DNA of 64,000 nucleotides from Glaucostegus cemiculus (lineage: Eukaryota), in NCBI GenBank assembly GCA_976551045.1, contig CDPCPM010000180.1:8866001-8930000 (forward strand). The letters are read 5' to 3'. The position numbers and the translations under genes were made by a program. Of the stretch, positions 23,364 through 33,812 are shown in pieces; position 1 is the first letter of the stretch, and each line of letters begins with the position of its first letter. The notes below the pieces were generated by a model. The model saw nothing but the letters and a program-made list of their open reading frames with translations. It was not told the DNA's origin and did not search any database.

Positions 23364-25203
23364 CCCCCTCCCCCCCCCCAGAAACGCCCAGCGGAGGCGT
23401 GGGGCCATCAACCTGATCACCCAGCTTGGGAGGCCTACCCCGCCGGTGTGGCGAAGGCACCCTGACCGGGTGTGCAATGTCCAGATGTGCCGGCTTCAGC
23501 TGGTCCACTGTGAAAGTCTGCTCACGACCCCCAACCTCGATGACATATGTTGAACCACTGCGCCGGACCACCCGGAAAGGCCCGTCATAATGCTTCTGCA
23601 GGGCCAACCCATGTGCCCCCCAACGGATGAAAACGTACTCACAGCCCTGGAGGTCCTTTGGAACGAAAGAAGGCGCTGTGCCGTGCCTGGAGGCTGGGAT
23701 CGGTGCAAAGGTCCCCACCTTGGCCCGCAGCTTCGCTAACACTTCCACCAGGGTCCCTGCTGGGTCCTGAGCCCCTGGTACAAACTCGCCCGGTACTGTG
23801 AGGGGGGAACCGTAGACCAGCTCGGCTGAGGAGGTGCCCAAATCTTCCTTGGGGGCCGTACGGATGCCCAGCAGGACCCAGGGGAGCTCGCCTGTCCAGT
23901 TAGGTCCCTGCATGCGAGCCATCAGGGCGGACTTGAGGTGCTGGTGGAAATGCTCCACCAAACCATTGGCCTGTGGGTGGTATGCCGTGGTGTGATGCAG
24001 GTGGGAAACCAGGAGCTGCGCCAATGCCGTCCACAAGCCGGACGTGAACTGCACCCCTCGGTCGGAGGTAACGTCCGCCGGGAGGCCAAACCGGGCAATC
24101 CAGTGGGCAATGAGGGCTCTGGCACAGGACGCGGTGGACGTGTCTGCCAGCGGCACTGCCTCTGGCCACCTGGTGAACCTGTCCACCACAGTGAAAATGT
24201 ACCTGGCGCCCCAGGAAACTGGCAGTGGTCCGACGATGTCCACGTGGATGTGCTGGAACCTGCCAAGCGTTAGCTGAAAATGCTGGAGGGGAGCCTTCAC
24301 GTGCCGCTGGACCTTGGCCGTCTGACAGTGCACGCAGGTTCTGGCCCAGTGCCCCACCTGCTTGCGTAGACCATGCCATACGAATTTTTCTGCCACCATC
24401 TTGATAGTCGCCCTATGGAGGTTCGCTGTGAAGTCCTGGATGTGGTGCACAGGGTACCTGTCGGCAGTCGTGGCATCATTGAGCCTCCTGTAGTCTCCGC
24501 AGGGTCTCCAGCCTCCCGCTGCTTTGGGCACCATGTGGAGCGGGGATGCCCATGGGCTGTCGGAACGGCGGATGATGCCCAACTCCTCCGTCCTGCGAAA
24601 CTCCTCCTTGGCGAGGCGGAGCTTGTCGGGCGGGAGCCTGCGGGCACGGGCATGTAGCGGAGGTCCCTGTGTGGTGATGTAGTGCTGCACGCCGTGCTTG
24701 GGGACTGCAGCGGAGAATTGCAGGGTGATAATGGAAGGAAACTCTGCCAACACCTTAGCAAACTCGTTGTTGGAGAGTGCAACAGAGTCAAATTGGGGGG
24801 CAGGTGACCGGGCCTTCCCGAGCTGGTAGCTTTGGAAAGTCTCAGCATGGACCAGACGCTGGCCCTTCAGATCGACCAGCAAGCAGTTGGCGCGCAGGAA
24901 ATCCGCCCCTAGCAGTGGCTGCGATACCGCTGCTACAGTAAAAGTCCAGGTAAACGAACTGGTCCCAAAACGTAACGGGATGGTGTGCAGGCCGTAGGTG
25001 TGGATGGTAGAGCCGTTCGCAGCGGTGAGTTCAGGGCCTTTGACCGTGTTGCGGGTATCCATGTTGGAGGGGGGAAGGACGCTGATTTCGGCCCCCGTAT
25101 CCACCAGGAAACGCCGCCCAGTGAGCCGGTCCCAAAGGAAGAGTAGGCTGTCTCGCTGGCCAGCCGTCGAAGCCACTAACGACGGCCGGCCTCGGCGTTT
25201 CCT
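23359..25203 (-). pseudogene. pol of the CsRN1-type element: protease, RT N-terminus and integrase fused in frame
   Basis: FLVDTGAEISV (PR); SPWASPLHMVPK..WRPCGDYRRLN (RT start); no YxDD and no RNase H; CxxC, HVDIVGP, TSDRG, NGLVE (IN D-D-E), YDGPF; stop codon falls in the first bases of the LTR. Confidence 0.92.
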
Positions 25204-25864
25204 GGGAAAGAACATGGCGGCTGGCAGCGGCGCGCATTCGTCCCCCACCTCTTGTGGTAGAAACACCACTGCCCTGGGCCTTTATCTTTGTCCTCTGCGG
25301 GCCCTGACGGTTTGGGTTTCGGAACCTTAGCCGGAGACTGCGAGGCCGCTACGCAGGCGGAGGCCACTCCTCGCCGCCGACTGCACCAAATGACATCCGC
25401 TGTGGCTGCGAAGGCACGCAGGTCGCTGAAATCTCCGTTGGCGAGGAGGGGGCGCATATCACCCGGGAGTTGCTCGAGGAATAGCTGCCGGAACAGGAAA
25501 CATGGCTGATGGTCGTCCGTGAGTGCCAGCATCTTGTCCATCAACTCGGAGGGCTTGCGATCGCCTAGGCCATCCATATGGAGGAGCCTCGTGGCTTGGT
25601 CGCTGAGGGAAAGGCCGAACATGCGGATGAGGAGAGCCTTGATTCGGGCGTACCTGTCCTCCGTCGGTGGCTGGCGTAGGAAATCGATGATGCGGCTGGC
25701 CGTGTCCTGGTTGAGGGCGCTGACCACACAGTAATACTTTGTGGCGTCGGCTTCGATGCCCCGACGCTGAACTGAGCCTCCGCCTGTTCAAACCAGACTT
25801 GAGGCTGCGAGGTCCAGAAAACCGGGAGCTTGAGTGCCACGGCGTTGTGGGAGTCAGTATCCAT
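25176..25864 (-). pseudogene. gag of the CsRN1-type element, broken by a 1-nt frameshift near 25762
   Basis: LKLPVFWTSQPQVWFEQAEAQF / (R)GIEADATKYYCVVSAL...LGDRKPSELM...LFLEQLP; C-terminal CFYHKRWGTNARRCQPPC (C-X2-H-X9-C-X3-C). Confidence 0.9.
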
Positions 25865-25886
25865 GATTCCAGATGCCGTCTGGCAT

Positions 25887-25900
25887 CGTCGGGGTCACCA
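25887..25900 (-). other. primer-binding site, tRNA-Trp
   Basis: TGGTGACCCCGACG matches the first 14 nt of the tRNA-Trp PBS known from avian sarcoma/leukosis viruses (TGGTGACCCCGACGTGAT). Confidence 0.9.
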
Positions 25901-25902
25901 AA

Positions 25903-26138
25903 TGTAGCAGCCAGCAAGGTGTGACTTAGAAGAACACGAGGACACGGAGACCCGATGGAGCACGTTTTTAATAACTCACCAAAAGCCGAGCATATCCCGA
26001 ACTACAAAAAAACATGGCCGGCGGAAGTGACATCATACTCCCGCCAGAAGTCCCGCCTTCCTGCACTATCGCGGGAATTCGCGCGTTTCCCCGCGATGGC
26101 CGACGGCATTTCAGAACCCGACATCGTGAGTCGCTACA
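25903..26138 (-). repeat. 5' LTR of the CsRN1-type element (236 bp)
   Basis: Followed on the minus strand by TT and the PBS. Confidence 0.96.
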
Positions 26139-29100
26139 AATGTAATAATTCAAAGGCTTACCCCTTGGCTTCTGCTGATACTCCTTGGATTCCCACAGTA
26201 CCCAGAGTGTGAAAGTGGGTGGAATAGTTGTCCACAGCGTGTTGGCTACATTTCTTTTCTGCATAAGTCTTTAGATCTGCTGATTATCTCCCGTATGTAC
26301 ATAATCTGTTTAGCTTTATTGTGGGTCAGCCTAATGTGATACCAAGTGCCTCTACTGGAGGGAGAAGCACCTACTAGAGGGTTGGTAATGACACAAGAGG
26401 ACAGCTCTACACAAAGTTCATGACTTTTGTCAAGAAAGAAGTTGACGAGAACAATGTGTTTTAATTCAGTTTTTCTTTTTAAGAAAGGGAAGTACTTGTA
26501 TTTTAGTATGAAAAAGAATAAAACTGTTCGTGGTTATCTTTTCCACTTTTGATTATTCATTCATCAAATGTGGGATAGACCATCCTTAATTGCCCTCTGA
26601 ACTGAGTAACTTCCTGGGTCATTTCAGAGGGCAGTTCTGATTTCATCCATTGTGATCAGTGGAGCTGGAGATACATGAAGGGCTGATCTAGTAAGTGTGG
26701 CAAAGTTCCTTCCTTAAAGGATGTCAGTGAACTAAGATTTTACAACAACCTGGTAGTTTCATGGTCATTATTACCAATGCTAGTGTATTCCAGATTTAAA
26801 TAATGAGTTGGATTTAAAGTTGCCAACTGCCACAGTAGGATTCAAGCACATGTCTCTAGTTCAATAATCCAGTGAGAGTGTAATTTAACCATTACACTGC
26901 TGTTGTCTTGATCTTTGCAAGGAACATCAAAGTACACTTTAAAGGGCGTAATCTGTGAGAAGTAAACTCTACTGAGTCACTCATTGGAGTGAGCTACTCA
27001 TTGGCTGAAGCAGCTCAGGATGCTGCTCCCACCAATTTTCCTGTCAGAATTTAGGGAAATTTGGTGGACAAGACCCTTGGGTAAACTGGTGTAATCATGA
27101 GACTAAATTGAGTTTTGCTCTATTAGGTGACTGTGCAAACCCTCATTGTACACAGCAAATTTGTAACGTTCATGCAGTTGACTGAAGTTATTTTGCATAG
27201 GTGTCAGATCTCGAGGCCCTTTTCTCTCCTGCTGTCTCAAGACAAGGAGGTCAAAGCAGTAGCTTCTGACTCCTTTGCCTGATGTATATGCATTTTAAGT
27301 ACATGTAGAAAGACTGCATTCATTTGCAAGCATTATCATCTGTGCAAGAATCTGGAAGTGAGGTGTCATTCTCTGGGCTTTCATGTTGGTTGTATTTTAT
27401 TGATCTTCTATGAAAGAGTGTTTTTGGGATTCTGTATATGATAGTAAAACGTATAGAAAAGGTGAATCTGGGATTATACTTCAGTGTGTACTTTGATGAC
27501 AGGAGAAGAGGCAGAATGCTTAATTCTGTGAAGTTCTTATTTCTACTTATTCTTTATTATTCATTTATTTGATATGACTTTACTGGCAAGACCAGCGTTG
27601 AGTCCATCCTGCTGACTGCTCAGAAGGTGTTGATGAGCTGTCTGTGAAGCGCTGTGATCTTTGTGGTGAAGGTGTTCCAGAGTGCTGCTTGGAGTTTCAG
27701 GACTTCAACCAAGCAATGATGAAGGGACAGTGATGTATTACCAAGCCGAGGTGGTGTGTGATTGGGTGGTAAATTCCCATGTGCCTGTTGCTCTAGTCCT
27801 CTATTGGATGTGGACTTCACTGGCCCTTCCCCATCAGTAATACCCTAGAGAAGGTGAAGTGAGCTTGCTACCTTCAATCACTGCAGTCCAGCTGGTGAAG
27901 TTACTGCCAGAGTGGGTACCTGCTTCGATATTATTAAACTATTGCAGACAGCAGTTAAGATTCTGGTGTATTAGTTAAACATCCATCAGATAAAATATTC
28001 TTCCTCATTATTTCTGTGTGGTGATCTTCTGTCCTGACCTTTAGTACAGCTTTGTCTTTTTAACCACCTTGCCTCCAAAATTTTCATTTTCAGTTGAACC
28101 AATAAAGTTACTGTCCCTCCTGAGGTTAGCAATTATTCTTGAGCAATGGCTTGGCTTGATCATCCTTGTTCTTCTCTTCATCAACTTGTTATCCTCCCTC
28201 ACACTGAGTTACATTCTCAAAGCACTACTCTGCCTTTTCCATCTGCATTGATATCCAATTAAGCAACTGATTTAAAAAAAAATATTCATCCTTATCTTCA
28301 AATCTCCATAGTCTTGCTGCTCCTTGTCTTTGTAACATCTTTTGGCTCCATGTCCTTAAATGGAGTTACCCGCAGTCTTCCAATGTGGGTCTATTGATCA
28401 TCCCCAAACTTAATTGCTGCCTGATTCAGCTGACTTCAGCTGCTCATAGGTTCCGGGACTCCCTTACTAAACACTCTGTATCACTTTCTGTTTTCATTTC
28501 TCCTTGGTATTCCTTAAAGCATACCTTGTTAACAAACTTTTGATCATCTGCCCTCATCTACATTAGTGATTCAATGTCTTTTTGTTTGTTAGCATTCTTG
28601 TGAGGTTCCCTGTTACACTCTCCCATATTAAAGGCATGAAATGAAATTGTAGGGCTTTAAATGGCTAAAGAAAAGTTCTTACAATCTTAATGCACAGTAA
28701 GAATTGTTAATGCCTTTGAGACTTCTGATATTTGTAGCTGATGCCATGTGCAGTGATTGGCTTGGAGACATCTTCACAGTGGGTAATATTAAATTCTTGC
28801 CAAAATCAGAACTTTTGCTGCAGGTTGACGTCTATCAAGAGGAAGGGAAATTATATTGTATTTTTCTTTCCACACTGCATTTCACTGGTAGTGGGTTGCT
28901 TTATGAACAGAACTTTCTGATACAGATCACAAATTTGTCTTTTGCCATTTTGAGTGAATGAAGTCTGAAAATTATTTCAGTGCTAGGTTAACAGGTGGAG
29001 TGGGCTGTCAGTTAATCCAGCAAATGCAAACAAAGCTATTTCAGGAGATAGATTTTGGCAAGTGATTCATCTGATTGGACCACACATTTTTGGGTGAATC

Positions 29101-29321
29101 CTGCACATTAGTGTACCTGATTGTGTATTTTTTTTCATTGCATAAATTAAGTTATCAATTTATCAAGGAAGAAATTGAATTATATCAGCTGCCATGCTTC
29201 TGTTTTGTATAGATTAATTATTGTAATTCTGAGGTGGTTAATCAGTTTGGAGCAGATATGACCATCTGCCTACTGGGATTTAGTTGGGTGTTCTAGTTTG
29301 TGTTTGATATTAATTTTGCAG

Positions 29322-29392
29322 GTGCCGTGTACTTGGAGGGTGGTCTAGAAGAAGGCAAGAACTTATTTGGTCGACTGCTGTTCAATGGCACG
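29322..29392 (+). CDS. DROSHA: DROSHA exon 9: (G)AVYLEGGLEEGKNLFGRLLFNGT
   Basis: attttgcag|GT GCC ... GGC ACG|gtaatg; 71 nt. Confidence 0.97.
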
Positions 29393-30097
29393 GTAATGTA
29401 TGCAAAGCCCTTTGAACGGCGTCCTCGCTTGCTTTTAATAGCCTCTTTTCTTAGAATCATTGTGCAAAGTTATAGTGCATTAATTGGCCCAGATGGTATT
29501 TTTGTGGTGTTTTATTTCCCAAGAGAAAACTAACAGTTATTTTTTGGACAGTTGGCTACCTATCTTAGCAAAAATTTGCTTTCAGGTAATCATTCTCAAT
29601 TGCTTTTTGTTTAATAGTAGTCTTGATAAACAAATAGACAGTGTTTTAAAGTAGCACAATCTCTGCAGTTAGTGGCTGCTACATTGCCAGTGTTGCTACA
29701 AATAGGTCTCTGCTTTAATCTCAGGCTCATGACTGGCAAATTGATGATGAGGTAAAAGGGAGAGACAATGAAAGCTGTAGAAACCTCCTGTGCAAATGTA
29801 AACTGAAGTTGTAGATGTTAATTGATTCTCCATTAATTCTGCTTAGTCCTGTACTTATTCATTTATGGGGCATGGGCTTCATTGGCAAGGCCAGCATCTA
29901 TTATCCATCCCTAATCGCAAAGGTGGTAGTGAGTTTCTTTGTTGAATAACTGATTACTATCTACCCACCACAGTGCAGAGTTGCAATATTTGGTGCGGTA
30001 CCAGGAAAATATGTTGATGTTAATCTGTACATGACATGCATTTCAAATAAAGAAATGGGTACAGCTGTCAGGAAAGGTTGAAAAGTTCTGGGATGAG

Positions 30098-30391
30098 GGC
30101 GGCACGGTAATGTAGCGGTTAGCGTAATGCTATTACTACACCAGTGACCTGGGTTCAATTCCAGCCACTGTCTGTAAGGAGTTTGTATGTTCTCCCCGAG
30201 TGTCTGCGTGGGTTTTCTTCAAGTGCTTCAGTTTCCTCCCACATTCCAAAGACGTACGGGTTAGGAGCTGTGGGCATGCTATGTTGGTGCCAGAAACATA
30301 GCGACACTTGCAGGCTGCCTCCGGCACACTCTATGCAAAGATGCATTTCACTGTGTGTTTTGATGTACATGTGACTAATAAAGAAATCTTA
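30098..30391 (+). mobile_element. tRNA-derived V-SINE (HE1-like), Rex1-like tail subfamily
   Basis: ggcggcacggtaatgtagcggttagcg, gggttcaattcc, V-domain, tail tttcactgtgtgttttgatgtacatgtgactaataaag. Confidence 0.87.
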
Positions 30392-30419
30392 TGATTTCTC
30401 ACATCATGGTTGGAGAGAA

Positions 30420-32035
30420 GTTCATAGAGTTATAAAGCATGGAAACAGGCCCTTCCGTCCAACTTGTCTATGCCGACGATGATGCCAATGGAAGCTCATC
30501 CAATTTGCCTATATTTGGCCCATATCCCTCTGAACTTTTCTTATCCATGTACCAGTGCAATGTTTTTTCAACATTGTAATCGTACCAGCCTCTTACATCT
30601 CCTCTGCAGCTCATTCCACATACCCACCACCTTTGTGTAAAACGTGCCCCTCAGGTCTCCTTTAAATCTTTCCACACATCTTAAACCTATGCCCTCTAGC
30701 TTTAGACTCCCCTACCCTGGGACAAAGAATGTGACTGTCTTGCTTATCTATTCCTCTCATAATTTTTAAACTTCCATGAGGTCACTCCTCACCCTCCTTT
30801 TCTCCAGAGAAAACTATCTCAGCCTATCCAATCTCTCTTTAACACTCGATCCCTCCAGTCGAGGCAATATCCTTGTGAATCTTTTCTGCACCCTCTCTAG
30901 CTTAATCACAAACTTCCTATAGCATGATGACCAGAACTGCACGCAATGCTTCATGTGCAGTCAAAACAATGTTTTGTACAACTGGAACACAACGTTTCAA
31001 CTCTGTACTCAATGCCACAGCCGATGAAGAAAGCATGCTGAAGCCTTTTTTACCATCCTGTCTACCTGTGAGGTCACTTTCAGGGAGCTATATACTTGTA
31101 CCCTGAGGTTTCTCTGTTCAACAACAGTCCTCAGGGCACTGCTGTTCACTGTGTATGTCTTTTTCTGGTTTAACTTCACAAAATGCATCACTTTGCACTT
31201 GTGTGAGTTAAGTTTCATCTGCCATTCCCTTGTGCACTTTGCCGGTTGATCAATAACCCGTTGTCAGCTTAGACAACCTTCTCCACTGTTCACTATACCA
31301 CCAATTTTGGTGACATCTGCAGACTTACTAACCATGCCAATTATATCTTTATCCAAATCATGAATATATATGACAAACAATGGGGCACCCAGCATTGTTC
31401 CCTCTGGGACACTACTGGTCACAAGCCTCCAATATGAAAAATAACCTCTGCCTCCTACCACCAATCCTATTTTGTATCCAGTTGACTGGATCACCCTGGA
31501 TCCCATGTATTCAAACCTTCCAGATCAGCCTACCATGGGGAACTTGTCAAAGACCTTGCTAAAGTCAATGTAGACAATGTCTCCTGCCTTGTATTTGTCA
31601 ATCCCCTTGGGCATCCCGTCAAAAAAAACCAGTCAAATTTGTGGAGACATGATTTTTCTGTCAGAATTGGAACTGGTTTATTATTGTCACTTGTACCAAA
31701 GTACAGTGAAAAACTTGTCTTGTATACAGTTCATTCAGCTCATTTCATTACACTGCATTGAGGTAGTACAAGGTAAAACAGTATAGATTGCAGAGTAAAG
31801 TGTCACAGCTACAGAGAAAGTGCAGTGCCAGTAAGGTGCAAGGTCGTAACGAGGTAGATTGTGGGGTCACAAGTCCATCTTATCGTACAACCATGCTACC
31901 TATCCCCAATCATTCCTTGCCTTTCCAAATGCTGATAGATCCTGATTCTCAGAATCCCCACTGATGTTAGGCTCACTGGCCTGAAGTTCCCTGGCTTGTC
32001 CTTGAATAAAGGCACAACATCAGCTATCCTCCAGT
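30420..32035 (-). mobile_element. CR1 LINE fragment interrupted by a Rex1 3' tail (about 31665-31890)
   Basis: WRLVTSSVPEGTMLG..LFVIYIHDLD...SKSADVTKIGG (decayed RT motifs), KCKVMHF; inserted ttggtttattattgtcacttgtacc tail matches 10200. Confidence 0.85.
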
Positions 32036-32638
32036 CAAGATTTTAATACTTGTGTTTGAGTTTAAAATTAGGAGATCACAAATAGAAGGAAATCGCTGAT
32101 AATTTTCCTGAGGAAATAGAGAGCAAATGCATCATCAGAGAATGGTGGCGAATGTGGGACAGGGAGTAGTCGGAGTGAATAGCAGAGGTGTATTCAGGGG
32201 GAAGCTGAGTTAGTTTATGAAGGGGGAAAGAACAGGAGAATATGTTGATTGGCTTGGTGAGTGAGGCTTGGATGGAGCTAAGCCTTAAGCTGAATAAGTT
32301 GACACAATAGGTCCTTTCAGTGTTCTAAGTAGTTTGTAACCTCTGCAAATGGTTGCAGTTACTTGTCATTGAGTTGCTGTTTGTACATTTCCTTCATTGC
32401 AATTACTTTTGCCTGGCTTATTGACATTCCTGTAACAAACAAACTCTAGGTTAATTGGTTCTGATTTTATTTCACATTTTACTCTGCCTTTATTTTAACG
32501 GCAGTATTGAATTTTTAGGAATGGGTCAACGTTAAAAATGGTGGTGTAACCTTTTACATTGCAGTGTGTCTATTGAGCAATGTAAGTCTTTGCGATCCAT
32601 CCCCAGAATAATGACAAGACCTCTTCTATCCCTCACAG

Positions 32639-32683
32639 GATCTACGAGATGTGTGGCTTAATTATCCACTTCATCCTTTGCAA
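32639..32683 (+). CDS. DROSHA: DROSHA exon 10: DLRDVWLNYPLHPLQ
   Basis: ccctcacag|GAT ... TTG CAA|gtaaga; 45 nt, phase 0/0. Confidence 0.97.
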
Positions 32684-33529
32684 GTAAGAGCCAGCCTCTA
32701 TCATTCTTCACTTGGTAGCCTGTTTATTAGAATGGATGCTTGACTTCTTCTTTAACTTCTAACTTCTTTTGTAGGGAATATCACTGCATGATCTTGAACC
32801 TGTATTTAATTTGTTATTCCATAAATATGAGTGAGTTTCTGTAAACTATCCAAAGAGTAACGTCTTTCAAAGGGGTGGGGAGAGGGTGTTGTGCAGATGT
32901 TGTCAACGCAGGGCCAATTTATTATTGTGTAAGATGTGAGTGATAGCTCTTCAGGTTTGACTTCCTGGAGGAATGAGCTGATGTGGTTAGTGTATGATTA
33001 GCATAAAGTAAAATCTATTGAATTTTCTAGTTAACATTCCTTAGAAATTTCTGAAACTGATTTCTTTTGGAAATTACATTGTTATCTTAATATGTAATTT
33101 TTTAAAAATTACATACATAAGATATAATTTTTTTTAAAATTACATATATCTTTGTACATTTACATTTTCATTTTTATTTAAGGTTTTTGTTCTCCTTACT
33201 CCTGTTTTTAGCTTTTACATTTCTTCTCCTTTTACCTTTTTGCTTTTGAAATCTTGCCAAGGATTTGTCACTTGTTTCTTTGTGCTCCTGGTTCCTTTTT
33301 TGCTCCCACTCTGTGTGGGAGTTGCCAATTTTTGGTTGAGACTTCAAACCTAGCTCTCTGGTAATAGATCCTTTGGGACTGCTTTGAAGAACTATTCTTC
33401 CTGGTGTCCTGCGAAGATGTTCAAATTGGTTGCAGTGTTTCCTGTATTATGGCAGTGACTACACTTCCAAAGTACTTCATTGGTTTTAAAGAATTTTGAA
33501 ACATTCTGAAAGGGGTGTGAAAGGTATAA

Positions 33530-33812
33530 GAGAAAAACAAAAATGCAAAGTACTGGAAATAAATCAGCAGGCCAGGCAGCATCTGCTGAGTAAGTAACAG
33601 GGTTAATATCTCAGAGAAATAAAGGACTGCAGATGCTGGAATTTAGATGAAAAACACAGTGGTGCTGGGGGAGTTTAATATCTCAGGTCAATGGCCCTTC
33701 AAGGTTAACTCTGGGTTCATGATAACTGTGTTTGTCTTTCCACAAATGCTGTCTGACCTACTGAATATTTTCAGGACTTTGTTCTTATTTCACACCTTCA
33801 GCATCCACAGTT
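33530..33812. mobile_element. Penelope-derived palindrome with a nested 60-bp Penelope end fragment
   Basis: Arms tcagcaggccaggcagcatctg / caaatgctgtctgacctactga; insert 33615-33674 flanked by a ttaatatctcag duplication. Confidence 0.75.

Larger units (their letters stand above)
23129..26138 (-). mobile_element. Ty3/Gypsy LTR retrotransposon, CsRN1-type, internally deleted (3010 bp)
   Basis: LTRs 23129-23363 and 25903-26138 (TGTAGC...GCTACA); AATG TSD at 23125-23128 and 26139-26142; tRNA-Trp PBS; G-rich PPT; Gag CHCC; protease and integrase remnants. Confidence 0.96.

Noticed and set aside
23359-25269. 636-aa ORF as a domesticated host gene
   Set aside because: Intact LTRs, PBS and TSD, a GTG pseudo-start, a frameshifted gag and apparent CpG-decay changes at conserved residues indicate a decaying transposon copy.
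23202-25917. Many overlapping ORFs on both strands inside the first LTR element
   Set aside because: Expected shadow frames in GC-rich sequence with few stop codons.
29744-29806. ATGATGA...CTGA as a C/D box snoRNA
   Set aside because: No terminal stem, no clear internal C'/D' boxes and no recognisable rRNA guide.
30098-30170. tRNA gene
   Set aside because: The A and B boxes belong to a SINE head; there is no cloverleaf and the sequence continues into the V-domain.
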